A stretch of 24,000 nt of DNA, taken from positions 50,183 through 74,182 of the forward strand of contig NZ_CABKRX010000100.1 of assembly GCF_902374955.1 (NCBI RefSeq), given 5' to 3'. This stretch comes from Bacillus massilioanorexius. GTDB lineage: Bacteria > Bacillota > Bacilli > Bacillales > DSM-1321. Both the position numbers and the translations under genes were made by a program. A model generated the notes under the pieces. That model was not told the DNA's origin and searched no databases. It saw only the letters and a list, made by a program, of their open reading frames with translations. Positions 1 to 9,338 of the stretch are shown piece after piece; positions within the stretch are counted from its first letter, which is position 1, and each line of letters opens with the position of its first letter.

Positions 1-453
1 CAAAATACAAAAATGAAAATAAAAGAGTTCTCTTTCAATCAACAACAAATTGATACTTCATCCGCCATTATTGCTGTAATTGGTGACACAGAAATGTATC
101 ATAATATAGATAAAATTTATCAAAGTAATTACGAAGCTGGAAATATCGATGAAGTGAACATGGAAAGACAAATCAATAATGCAAAAGCACTGTATCCGAA
201 TGCTCCATATGAAATACGTTCGAATATTGCTTCATTTGATGCGGGGTTGATTTCTATGCAACTTATGTTGCTAGCGAAGGCCAAAGGACTTGATACAGTA
301 TGTATGGGTGGCTTTGATAAGAAAAAATTTGCAGAAGCTTTCGATTTATCCAATCGTTACATGCCGATTGTATTAATCGCTATAGGAAAAGCAGCTGCAC
401 CAGCTTATGGTTCGACTCGTTTATCTTTAAAAGACATCACAACATTTAACTAA
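1..453 (+). CDS. Nitroreductase family protein, C-terminal part (runs off the left edge)
   Basis: Frame is open to base 1. The protein has nitroreductase-like 'SFDAGLISMQLMLLAKAKGLDTVCMGGFD' and 'YMPIVLIAIGKAA' segments. Confidence 0.8.
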   Translation, partial: QNTKMKIKEFSFNQQQIDTSSAIIAVIGDTEMYHNIDKIYQSNYEAGNIDEVNMERQINNAKALYPNAPYEIRSNIASFDAGLISMQLMLLAKAKGLDTVCMGGFDKKKFAEAFDLSNRYMPIVLIAIGKAAAPAYGSTRLSLKDITTFN

Positions 454-567
454 ACATGAATAGGGCTAAATGTTTTTAATTTTGCTCTTAATGATGTTTT
501 CGTTTGTCCACATAATGATAGCCAATGTAAAATATCTTTTTTATGTTAATTAAATAAGATGTGAAGT

Positions 568-606
568 AGAGGACTGTGTAATGACTACGACATAGTCCTC
601 TTTTAT
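568..606 (+). terminator. Rho-independent terminator-like hairpin
   Basis: agaggact...agtcctct stem followed by a T-rich tract. Confidence 0.6.
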
Positions 607-800
607 TTGCTTGAATTTTATCTAAAAGATTGCTGCTTTTTAATACGTTCGATGAAAAAACAGTGGAAGAAAAGTCGGATGATCTATACTCAATCCAAGT
701 TAATAGGCCACAAAGTTTGCAAAAACAACCTATTTCTATAAAAAATGCATGGAAACATAAACTAAGATAAAAGTAATACTATACTCTTTTATGCTTACCA

Positions 801-1439
801 TTGTTAGGGAAAGAAGAAGGAGAGATTTTCATCGATAATTTAGTGTTACTAGCGGTATCTGGAACTATTGAAACGGCAATGCAAGCATATAAAAGTCTTG
901 GGATGCTTAATGCAGTTTTTCTACCGTTTATTGAGGCGTTTTTACCGTTTCTTCCACTTTGCGGTATTGTCGTTGCAAATGCAGCGGCTTTTGGATTAAT
1001 CAAAGGATTGATATTATCGAGTGTAGGTTCCATTACTGGAACATGGGTTTTGTATGGGACATTTTATTATTTTGGCAATTATACATTCCTTCGAAAGCTA
1101 AGAGAAAAAGAATTGGTGAAGAAATACGCAGAATGGGTTGAGAATAAAGGTTTCATATTTATTGCGATATTTTGTTTTGTTCCTGTCCTTTTAAATTCTG
1201 TCATTGCGATTCTAGCAGGTATTAATAAAATTAGCTTTAGGACGTTTGCTTTTGCTTCAGGTTTAGGGATTTTTTTCTTGTTTTGTATTCTTTCAATTAT
1301 AGGCTCAAGCTTAACCACTATGACTACTAGCCCTTGGAAAATCGTATTGATTATTATTCTTTGTTTATTGTTGTTTGTAGTAGGAAGGCAAGTGCAAAAG
1401 CATTTAATACAAACGAAGAGAGTAATTGTAAAAGAGTAA
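801..1439 (+). CDS. TVP38/TMEM64 (VTT domain, DedA-like) membrane protein
   Basis: Hydrophobic multi-TM protein with 'VFLPFIEAFLPFLPLCGIVVANAAAFG' and 'GTWVLYGTFYYFG' segments. The true start is uncertain (see findings). Confidence 0.7.
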   Translation: MLGKEEGEIFIDNLVLLAVSGTIETAMQAYKSLGMLNAVFLPFIEAFLPFLPLCGIVVANAAAFGLIKGLILSSVGSITGTWVLYGTFYYFGNYTFLRKLREKELVKKYAEWVENKGFIFIAIFCFVPVLLNSVIAILAGINKISFRTFAFASGLGIFFLFCILSIIGSSLTTMTTSPWKIVLIIILCLLLFVVGRQVQKHLIQTKRVIVKE

Positions 1440-1445
1440 TACGAA

Positions 1446-1946
1446 TCATCTGAGCTTCTTCATATAAGTAATTTCATTCTCATTTAATAATGGAGGTTTC
1501 CCTTTGTTCAGTCCTTTTTCTAAAAAAACAAAGTAATCTTCATTTATTTCTAAAGGTGTGAAATTTGGTGTTTCTTCATAATCCTCCGTCGATAATGATA
1601 CTGTATAATTATTTTTCTTTGAAGTGGAAAAATCCCAACTCACTCCAAGTGTATTAGCCATACTGAAGGAACTAGTTACTTTTACGATAGTATACCCATC
1701 ACTATTTTTTATAATTTCGCCAATGAAAAAGATGTTTTCGCTTTCTTCACATAATAGTAGTTGTTCGCCTTTTTTGGTTTCAAGAAGTTCAACTCCATTA
1801 ATGGAGTTTTCTTCAATGAAATGTTCTAATGCTATACTTTGAGTAGAGTAGTATATTGTCGTATCTTTATCTGTAGGTTTTTTGTTACAGCCAGCAAGTA
1901 ATACTAATAAAGTGATGAGATATAAAATAATTACCCGTTTTAACAT
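1446..1946 (-). CDS. Hypothetical lipoprotein
   Basis: 166-aa ORF with lipobox signal 'LLVLLAGC' and an RBS-like 'gaggagggatcat' upstream. Confidence 0.7.
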   Translation of the reverse strand: MLKRVIILYLITLLVLLAGCNKKPTDKDTTIYYSTQSIALEHFIEENSINGVELLETKKGEQLLLCEESENIFFIGEIIKNSDGYTIVKVTSSFSMANTLGVSWDFSTSKKNNYTVSLSTEDYEETPNFTPLEINEDYFVFLEKGLNKGKPPLLNENEITYMKKLR

Positions 1947-2056
1947 TATGATCCCTCCTCAGTAGTGAATTTATTGTTATATTTTACCACATGTAAAAAG
2001 AAGTACTTACAGAAAAGTAAGTACTCCTTTTATTTGAAAGTATTCGTAGTTCCCAT

Positions 2057-2851
2057 CTATGCCTTTAAATCGCGTCGATTATGCAAAATAAAAGAGGCCC
2101 CAATGCAAAGGATGGAAATGGCTAAGCATATAAACATATAGGTGGGCTCTAATCCATCTCTCAAAATAGTTTTTCCGTCAAAATATTTGAAGGGTGTGAG
2201 ATATCGTAAGAAATCCGCTTTTTCACTTAAGTCTGCGAAAATCGACATAAATAAGCAAATCATAACAATGGCAAAGGATAAATTGCTAGCTATTTTCGAT
2301 CTTTCTGTAAGGAAGGATAGTAGCAGTCCGATACTGAAAAAAGTAAGCTGAATGAATAATAATCCTGTCATCATTGGTAAGAAGTCATCGGATATATTGG
2401 TATCTGTGACAGCTTTGGCAATAAGTACACTATAAATGAATGTTAGTGCATTTAACAAAATCATATCAATCAAACCAATACAAAGCTTGTAGCTCAGAAT
2501 ATGAGTTCTTTTCATTCCTTTTACATATAAAAACTCATAGGTTTTATCTCGTTCTTCCTTTGAAAAAATCATCGCACCCATACTTGATGCATGAAAGGCA
2601 GCTATAACAGCAACGTATAAGAAGATAATCGAAAAAATTCCTACGACATTTGTTAAGTCGACCATTCCAGCTCCAAACAAGGTTTGTAAAGATTTCGGCA
2701 TTTGTTCCATTAATTCATTGAAGGATTGCCCGCTATCATTGGTTAAGCCAACAGATTTTGCAACACTGATGCCGATTAATACCATCATCCCTATTAGCCA
2801 TAGGCATAATGACTTAAAATTTGCTTTCCATTCCTGAATAAGTAAACTCAT
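2057..2851 (-). CDS. ABC-2 type transporter permease
   Basis: 264-aa multi-TM protein with 'GAMIFSKEERDKTYEFLYVKGMKRTHILSYKL', in an operon with an ABC ATPase; RBS present. Confidence 0.85.
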   Translation of the reverse strand: MSLLIQEWKANFKSLCLWLIGMMVLIGISVAKSVGLTNDSGQSFNELMEQMPKSLQTLFGAGMVDLTNVVGIFSIIFLYVAVIAAFHASSMGAMIFSKEERDKTYEFLYVKGMKRTHILSYKLCIGLIDMILLNALTFIYSVLIAKAVTDTNISDDFLPMMTGLLFIQLTFFSIGLLLSFLTERSKIASNLSFAIVMICLFMSIFADLSEKADFLRYLTPFKYFDGKTILRDGLEPTYMFICLAISILCIGASFILHNRRDLKA

Positions 2852-2865
2852 GATATTCCCCTCCT

Positions 2866-3657
2866 TTATGCATGAATGTCTTTTCGTTTATACAAATAGA
2901 AACCAAGAGCAACAAAAAGCATAGTTAAGATCATACCTGTTATAAACGTAGATATTTCATAGGAATGGTGCTCTACAATATAATTCGGATTTAAATAGCT
3001 CATAGGTGATAGAAATTTTAAAGCAGTATCATTGTACATATTGGCTACCATTTCAAGAGCGAAAAAAAGTGCTCCAACACCAATACCCAATGTAACTGGA
3101 GATTTAATTTTTCTAAAGCAGCAGCCCATGAAAAAACCAAAGGAAAGAAACATGACCTGCGTAAAGAAAAGAGCTCCTGCCAATAAGAAAAATGCACTCC
3201 AATCGATGTTATCTACAAAAGAAATCGCTGCAAAATAAGTAGCTGTTACACAGACAATGTTCGTAAGTACAATACAGATAAAGACGGAAAATAGTTTTTC
3301 ACTTAAGATTTGCATTCGATTCATAGGTTTTGTAAAAAGAAAATCACTTGTTTTACGAGCCGTTTCCTTTGAGATAACACCTGTTCCGAAAATCAGGGCC
3401 TGGATGGCTCCGACAAAAATTAAATAGACCACACAAAAGCTGTAAAAACCATTAAAAGTAACAATACTAGCACTACCTAAACCGAAGGCTTTTAATACTT
3501 CTGGTGGATAATTGGCAACAATATCAAGAAGTGCGTCGACATCTTTCGTATAAGAAGGGAAGATGGCAATAAAAATGAAGCCAAGTATTCCAAGAGTAAT
3601 GGCCCAACTTATGGTTGATTTAAAATGGCTCTTTAATTCATATTTTAAAACATTCAT
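2866..3657 (-). CDS. ABC-2 type transporter permease
   Basis: 263-aa multi-TM protein with 'ISKETARKTSDFLFTKPMNRMQILSEKLFS', directly downstream of the ATPase. Confidence 0.85.
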   Translation of the reverse strand: MNVLKYELKSHFKSTISWAITLGILGFIFIAIFPSYTKDVDALLDIVANYPPEVLKAFGLGSASIVTFNGFYSFCVVYLIFVGAIQALIFGTGVISKETARKTSDFLFTKPMNRMQILSEKLFSVFICIVLTNIVCVTATYFAAISFVDNIDWSAFFLLAGALFFTQVMFLSFGFFMGCCFRKIKSPVTLGIGVGALFFALEMVANMYNDTALKFLSPMSYLNPNYIVEHHSYEISTFITGMILTMLFVALGFYLYKRKDIHA

Positions 3658-3670
3658 GAGTAAGGCCTCC

Positions 3671-4555
3671 TTATTCTTTATCGTAATAGTGTAAGAAAAT
3701 TTCTTCTAAATCAGGCTCGGTAATATCTAGGTTCACTAGCGATAGGGTGCTAATCTCTGAAATTACATGATTAATATTGCCTTTGAAAATAAAGGAGGCG
3801 TGGGTACCATTAATCGAAAGTTGAGTAACACCTTCGAGTTGAAATAAATTGTCATCTATTGGAGTAGCTGTTTCTAGATTTACCTTTTTATAGCTGTTTT
3901 CTCGTAAGGCGGCAATCGTTTCAAGCTTGATGATCTTTCCATTTTTAATAAAGCCGACACGATCACAAAGCTTTTGAACCTCTGATAAAATGTGAGAAGA
4001 AAAGAAAATTGTCGCACCTTTTCTATTTTCTTCTTTTATCAGTTCAAAAAATTTATTTTGCATCAATGGATCAAGTCCGCCGGTAGGTTCATCTAAAATG
4101 ATTAATTTCGGACTATGGAGAAGCCCCTGGATAATTCCTACTTTCTTTCGATTACCAAATGACAAATCTTCAATTTTTTTATTTTGGTCAAGCTCTAATA
4201 GCTCGCATAATTGTTTTATACGAGCTGTACAATCTTTCTTGTAAAAAGAAGAGGAATATTTCAATAAATCTTTCACTTTCATATTGTCATAATAAAAAAC
4301 TTCACTCGGAAGATACCCTATTTCTTTAGCTATTTCACTTGAATATTTAATACAGTCCATTCCGAAAATTTTTGCGGAACCGCTTGTCGGATAAATGAGC
4401 GATAGTAATGTACGAATAGTTGTGGATTTTCCTGCTCCGTTAGGCCCGATAAAACCAAATATCTCACCTTCTTTAATATCGAGCGTAATATCTTCAATGC
4501 CGCGTTCTTTTCCATAACGTTTCGTTAAGCCTTTAATTTCAATGACATTGTTCAT
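3671..4555 (-). CDS. ABC transporter ATP-binding protein
   Basis: Walker A GPNGAGKST, signature-like LSFGNRKKVGI, Walker B LIILDEPTGGLDP. Confidence 0.95.
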   Translation of the reverse strand: MNNVIEIKGLTKRYGKERGIEDITLDIKEGEIFGFIGPNGAGKSTTIRTLLSLIYPTSGSAKIFGMDCIKYSSEIAKEIGYLPSEVFYYDNMKVKDLLKYSSSFYKKDCTARIKQLCELLELDQNKKIEDLSFGNRKKVGIIQGLLHSPKLIILDEPTGGLDPLMQNKFFELIKEENRKGATIFFSSHILSEVQKLCDRVGFIKNGKIIKLETIAALRENSYKKVNLETATPIDDNLFQLEGVTQLSINGTHASFIFKGNINHVISEISTLSLVNLDITEPDLEEIFLHYYDKE

Positions 4556-5169
4556 AAATATTCCTCCTTATAAAATGCCTGACGATACATTTGTAAGTAG
4601 GCATCAAATTCTATGCAAATCTGTTCAGGGTTAAATTCTTCTAGCACCATCTTTTGATCGACTAATCCTTTAGAAGACCAGATTATCGTGTTTAATATCT
4701 TTTCAAAGTTCGAAGCGTCTTTAAACTTTGAAAAATCCACCTTACTAAATACTTTAGTGAGGGCATCTTGAGACAACTTTTCATTTTGCTGGTTAATTTC
4801 TTCTGCCACTTCGGGTGCAGTTTCATAATATGCCTGCATAACAAAATTGAAAATCGCTGGATATTGCTTAATAATCTTTAGTTTGTTTATCGTACTTTTA
4901 CGAATAATTTCGAAAAAATCAGTCTCTTCGTCATCCATGGCTATATATAGTTTTTCAGCAATGTAATCCAAGCAATATTCATATAAATCAAGATAGAGTT
5001 TCTTCTTAGAGCCAAAATAATGAAAAAGTAATCCTTTTGAAATACCAGCACGTGTGATAATTTCGTCCGTTGTTGCCTTTTTATAGCTATGCTTACCGAA
5101 AATCGTAATAGCTCCGTTTATAATCCTGTCTCGTTTCTCTTGAGGTAAGTTTAAAAACTTTTCGTTCAT
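4552..5169 (-). CDS. TetR/AcrR family transcriptional regulator, first gene of the ABC operon
   Basis: N-terminal HTH 'RIINGAITIFGKHSYKKATTDEIITRAGISKGLLFHYFGSKKKLYLDLY'. The stop overlaps the ATPase start (ATGA). Confidence 0.93.
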   Translation of the reverse strand: MNEKFLNLPQEKRDRIINGAITIFGKHSYKKATTDEIITRAGISKGLLFHYFGSKKKLYLDLYEYCLDYIAEKLYIAMDDEETDFFEIIRKSTINKLKIIKQYPAIFNFVMQAYYETAPEVAEEINQQNEKLSQDALTKVFSKVDFSKFKDASNFEKILNTIIWSSKGLVDQKMVLEEFNPEQICIEFDAYLQMYRQAFYKEEYL

Positions 5170-5194
5170 CGTAACGCATCCCTTTTGGTTATGT

Positions 5195-5248
5195 ATTGAC
5201 TAAAGTAGTCAATAAAGTCAGTTTAATCTCGTTGACTATTTTAGTCAA
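5195..5248 (-). promoter_or_regulatory. Putative TetR operator pair around the tetR-ABC promoter
   Basis: Two palindromes: ATTGACTA-AAG-TAGTCAAT (5195-5213) and TTGACTA-TTT-TAGTCAA (5232-5248). The minus strand carries TTGACT-N17-TAAACT. Confidence 0.7.
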
Positions 5249-5484
5249 TGGGCTAATTATTGTATTATTCATAGTTTTCTTTATATAAGGAATTGTCTGT
5301 AGCGTATAGAATTTTCCCTTATTGAAGTAACTGTAAACTCTGTATGAACTTTTTTGTGTACATATATAAATCAAAGTCTATTTCTAAAAACAGATATAGT
5401 ACAATAATGGAATAAATTGTATTTTTAGGAGGAGTAGGAATAAGTGATACCAAGAGAATTGTCCAATTATGTTTACTGGTATTA

Positions 5485-6249
5485 GTGGTGTTGTTACTAA
5501 GTTCTTGTTTTAAGAAAGAAGATCTTGAACAACCGATAAAAGACTATTTTTTAAAAGAGTATGGAATAAAAGAAGAAATAAAAATACTTTCAACTGATAA
5601 TAATTGGTTGGAAGGAATTGCTCATCAAACGTATGTAGAAATAAAGAAGCCTTATCACACAGTAATCTTTCTTTGGATTGAAAGGGATACATATGAGATT
5701 AATAAAGATCCTGTTTTTGGTGATGATGTGTTTCTTGAAATTTTTAAAGGAGCATATATAGAGCAGAATAAAGAGGTTATAAAATTGTCAGATGAGATTA
5801 TAAATAACTATCATCTAGTACGTGAATTTCCTAATGATGAAATAAAAGGTAAGGTTATTCCCTACTATCTAAATGTTAGGATAGATGAAAAGCAAAAGAA
5901 TGATCTTAAGTATGAATTTGTTAGTAGTCAGAAGTTAGATACAAAGGAGATTATACCAAAGTTAACTTTTAATAAAGTTAGTGAGAATGGAGAGTATGCA
6001 GGTACCATAAATTTTAATTATTACTATAATATCTATCAAAATAGTCCTAATATCCCGAAGGCAGAAGCTATTTTAAAAGAGTATGAGAGAAGTAGAGTAT
6101 TGACTGAAGGGGTGTATAGGATTTCGATTTCAATAATGGAGCATTCTCTAGAGAGTCTTTCGTACGGCTCTGAAGAGTCATCTAGTGTTCTATTTCGAGT
6201 GAATCATTTGGGAGAATTTCAAATCATTTCGGTAGAAAACAATCAATAG
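5485..6249 (+). CDS. Hypothetical lipoprotein (likely starts upstream at ATA 5440)
   Basis: 254-aa ORF with lipobox 'LLLSSC'. The in-frame upstream sequence completes the signal peptide SDTKRIVQLCLLVLVVLLLSSC. Confidence 0.7.
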   Translation: MVLLLSSCFKKEDLEQPIKDYFLKEYGIKEEIKILSTDNNWLEGIAHQTYVEIKKPYHTVIFLWIERDTYEINKDPVFGDDVFLEIFKGAYIEQNKEVIKLSDEIINNYHLVREFPNDEIKGKVIPYYLNVRIDEKQKNDLKYEFVSSQKLDTKEIIPKLTFNKVSENGEYAGTINFNYYYNIYQNSPNIPKAEAILKEYERSRVLTEGVYRISISIMEHSLESLSYGSEESSSVLFRVNHLGEFQIISVENNQ

Positions 6250-6319
6250 GAGTTTGTTCCGTTTCTTTCTATTAAGAGCTCTTGTTTCATGCTTTACTAA
6301 TTTCTATATAATTTATCAA

Positions 6320-6362
6320 GGGGGTGTCCAACAAAGCTGTAGCTTTAGGACATCCCTTCTTA
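6320..6362 (+). terminator. Rho-independent terminator-like hairpin
   Basis: ggggtgtcc...aaagctgtagcttt...ggacatccc followed by a T-rich tract. Confidence 0.6.
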
Positions 6363-6586
6363 TATAATACCAGCGGCTCTCTTCTTTGAAGTCTGGCTAA
6401 ACCTTTAGAGAATACGTATTCTTGACGTCATTTGTTAGAGTTTTTGTTCTCCTATCCTATTTTATTAAAATAAGTGTATGGAGAAGAAAACGGGGTATAT
6501 AGTACTAGTCATCCAATCTTTATATCATTAAAGTTAGAATTCATAAATCTTTCGAAAAATTACCATAATTGTTATCTAACATAAGG

Positions 6587-6643
6587 TTATTATTATATTA
6601 CAGTTGTAATATAGAATTATTATTACATTACAGAAAGTATAAT
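6587..6643 (+). promoter_or_regulatory. Putative ppk promoter region with direct repeats
   Basis: TTATTATTAYATTACAG at 6587-6603 and 6617-6633, followed by TATAAT at 6638-6643. Confidence 0.5.
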
Positions 6644-6691
6644 TTATTTTAAAAATGATAGTAAATACATCGATTGAAAGAAGGACTTTAG

Positions 6692-8911
6692 ATGGCAAAA
6701 GTAAAAAGTAAATACGACTTCAGTTATACAGAAAATAGAGAACTATCGTGGTTAAAGTTTAATAATCGAGTACTAGAGGAAGCCAGTGATCTCAGAAATC
6801 CATTGTATGAGAGATTGAAGTTCGTCTCTATTTTTGAAAGCAATTTAGATGAGTTTTTTATGATTCGAGTAGGTAGTTTAACCGATTTATCTCTCCTAAA
6901 AGGAAATCGTATTGATAAAAAAAGTGGCTTAACGATTAACGAGCAGTTAAAAGCCATTTTTAAAGAAGTTGCACCACAATATAAATATAGAGATAAGGTT
7001 TTTGCAGATATTACGAAGCAAATGAAAGCGCATGATATTTATCATATGAATATGAAAGACTTAGAAATCAAAGATCGTAATTTCATTGAGCAGTACTTTT
7101 CTACATATGTATTACCAGTTCTTTCACCACAAATCGTGGATATGCATCATCCTTTTCCACATTTATTAAATAAGTCGTTAAACATCTTTTTAATGATGAG
7201 GAACCAAGAACAAACTTCTTTTGGGATTATACCTTTACCAAGTACACTTCCAAAAATGATTTTCTTACCAGGTAATAATGTTCGTTATATTTTACTTGAA
7301 CAAATTATTTTAGAATATGTGAACAAAGTGTTTGATACTTATGAAATTATGGACAAGGTAGTCATTGCAGTAACAAGAAACGCAGACATAAGTCCTGAGG
7401 ATGAAGTATTTGCAGATGATGATGATTATCGCCATCACATGAAGAAAATATTAAAAAAACGCAAGCGCCTAGCACCAGTTAGATTAGAAATTCAAAATGA
7501 TGCGAATCCAAAATTGATCGAATATTTATGTGATAGATTAAATATTAAAAAAGAACAAGTATACAAAAGTAAAGCACCATTATGTATGTCTTATGTATTC
7601 TCACTGCAAGATAAATTTTCGGTTTCGCAAGAACGTGAGTTATCTTATCCTGTATTTGAACCACAACCGCCAGCTTGTGTTTCTAAAAATGAAAGTATGA
7701 TAATTCAAGTACGTAAAAAAGATTTATTGATGCATTATCCATATGAACAGATGGAACCATTTTTGAGATTAGTAAAGGAAGCGGCATATGATCCAAATGT
7801 CATTTCTATTAAAATTACCATATACCGATTATCAAAGAATTCTAAACTAGTAGAATACTTAATTGAAGCGGCTGAAAATAATAAGGAAGTAACGGTTCTA
7901 GTTGAATTACGCGCACGATTTGATGAAGAAAATAATATTGAGTGGGCAGAGAGACTAGAAGCAGCTGGTTGTACGATTATTTATGGATTTGAAGGATTTA
8001 AAGTTCATTCGAAAATTTGCTTAATTACTTATATACAAAATAATGTTATTCAATATGTAACGCAGATTGGAACAGGTAACTATAGTGAAAAAAGTGCCAA
8101 AATGTATACAGACTTTTCTTTTATAACAGCAAGTAAACGAATTGGAAATGATGCAGCTACTTTCTTTAAAAATATGTCTCTTTCTAATTTAGATGGTCAA
8201 TATGCACATTTGCTTGTAGCACCAACAAGCTTAAAATCTGGTATTATGCAAAAGATTGATGAAGAGATTGTTAAAGCTCAAGCGAATTACAGCGGCAGAA
8301 TCATTATGAAAATGAATTCTCTTACTGACCGTGATTTAATTAATAAGCTTTCAGAGGCTTCGTGTGCAGGAGTAAAAATCAGCTTGATTGTTCGTGGCAT
8401 TTGTTGTTTAACGCCAAAAATAAAAGGAAAAACCGAAAATATTGAAGTTATAAGTATTTTAGGTCGCTTCCTAGAACATGCTCGTGTTTATTGCTTTGGC
8501 GAAGGAAATAGTATGGAGCTATATATAAGTTCTGCTGATATTATGACTAGAAACATGGAGAAAAGGGTAGAAATTGCTTGCCCAATTTATGATCCAGATA
8601 TTAAACGTCGCATTTATGATGTATTAGATGTTCAATTACACGATAATGTCAAAGCGAGAGAACTTCAAGAAGATAAGCAGTATAAGAGACGTACAGATAA
8701 TGGCTATAAATCAGTTGACGCTCAATCTTATTTTATGGAAGAAGCACTGAGAGGCTCTTACTATGAAGTAGATGAAGAAGAAGAGTATGAAGTAGATTAT
8801 CAGAACCAATTAATCCAAACAGTACCTATATTTATACAAAAACCACGTAAACTTCCTAGAATTACAAAACGTCCTAGAAAGTCTAGATTTTTACTAACGG
8901 TAAAAAATTAA
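6692..8911 (+). CDS. ppk: Polyphosphate kinase 1
   Basis: 739 aa with PPK1 family sequence 'ENRELSWLKFNNRVLEEA', 'FPHPFLNKSLN'-like and 'HSKICLI', 'TGNYSEKSAKMYTDFSF' segments; RBS 'gaaaggac'. Confidence 0.96.
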   Translation: MAKVKSKYDFSYTENRELSWLKFNNRVLEEASDLRNPLYERLKFVSIFESNLDEFFMIRVGSLTDLSLLKGNRIDKKSGLTINEQLKAIFKEVAPQYKYRDKVFADITKQMKAHDIYHMNMKDLEIKDRNFIEQYFSTYVLPVLSPQIVDMHHPFPHLLNKSLNIFLMMRNQEQTSFGIIPLPSTLPKMIFLPGNNVRYILLEQIILEYVNKVFDTYEIMDKVVIAVTRNADISPEDEVFADDDDYRHHMKKILKKRKRLAPVRLEIQNDANPKLIEYLCDRLNIKKEQVYKSKAPLCMSYVFSLQDKFSVSQERELSYPVFEPQPPACVSKNESMIIQVRKKDLLMHYPYEQMEPFLRLVKEAAYDPNVISIKITIYRLSKNSKLVEYLIEAAENNKEVTVLVELRARFDEENNIEWAERLEAAGCTIIYGFEGFKVHSKICLITYIQNNVIQYVTQIGTGNYSEKSAKMYTDFSFITASKRIGNDAATFFKNMSLSNLDGQYAHLLVAPTSLKSGIMQKIDEEIVKAQANYSGRIIMKMNSLTDRDLINKLSEASCAGVKISLIVRGICCLTPKIKGKTENIEVISILGRFLEHARVYCFGEGNSMELYISSADIMTRNMEKRVEIACPIYDPDIKRRIYDVLDVQLHDNVKARELQEDKQYKRRTDNGYKSVDAQSYFMEEALRGSYYEVDEEEEYEVDYQNQLIQTVPIFIQKPRKLPRITKRPRKSRFLLTVKN

Positions 8912-8944
8912 CTTTTAACAAGTAAAACGAGCTATATAAAGAGT

Positions 8945-8995
8945 AGAGGCGCTCAAAAAGGGGTGATAAAGCCCTTTTTGAACGCCTCTTTTGAA
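8945..8995 (+). terminator. Rho-independent terminator downstream of ppk
   Basis: agaggcgctcaaaaaggg...ccctttttgaacgcctct plus T-tract. Confidence 0.85.
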
Positions 8996-9008
8996 TTATA
9001 AGTAGGAA

Positions 9009-9338
9009 TTAATCTTTTTCTCGAAGTGCACTTTGCACTAGACTGAGAAGGATACTTCCTATTAGTGCTCCCCAAAATGATGATACTGTGAAGCCACTGA
9101 TGAATTGAGAAGCAAGAAAGAAAATAAGCGCATTGATAATAAAAGAAAATAATCCAAACGTTAATAAGGTGATTGGTAATGAGAGTATATGCAAAATTGG
9201 TTTCACAAATATATTCAGGACACCAATAATAAAAATAGCGATTAAAGCTGTTACATAGTTATCGATGTGAATACCTGTAAGCAAATAATCAATTCCTAAT
9301 AACGCAAGACCGCTAATTAAAAATCGGATAATAAACAT
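9009..9338 (-). CDS. YvlD / phage holin IV superfamily small membrane protein (chromosomal type)
   Basis: 109-aa, four predicted hydrophobic segments, 'GVLNIFVKPILHILSLPITLLTFGLFSFIINALIF'; strong RBS ggaggag. Confidence 0.85.
   Translation of the reverse strand: MFIIRFLISGLALLGIDYLLTGIHIDNYVTALIAIFIIGVLNIFVKPILHILSLPITLLTFGLFSFIINALIFFLASQFISGFTVSSFWGALIGSILLSLVQSALREKD

Noticed and set aside
129-353. Minus ORF antisense to the nitroreductase (likewise 779-1033, 1079-1318, 1624-1842, 2142-2351, 3032-3238, 4330-4515, 5510-5692, 6724-6957, 13874-14095, 15664-15960, 18718-18933, 22099-22281)
   Set aside because: Each lies antisense to, or overlaps, a well-supported gene and lacks an RBS or a recognisable domain.
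5189-5374. 61-aa minus ORF upstream of tetR
   Set aside because: It overlaps the operator/promoter region, has no RBS, and is low-complexity AT-rich sequence.
9009-9338. 'Phage holin family' protein as evidence of a prophage
   Set aside because: YvlD-type 4-TM proteins are common chromosomal genes in Bacilli, and no other phage genes are nearby.
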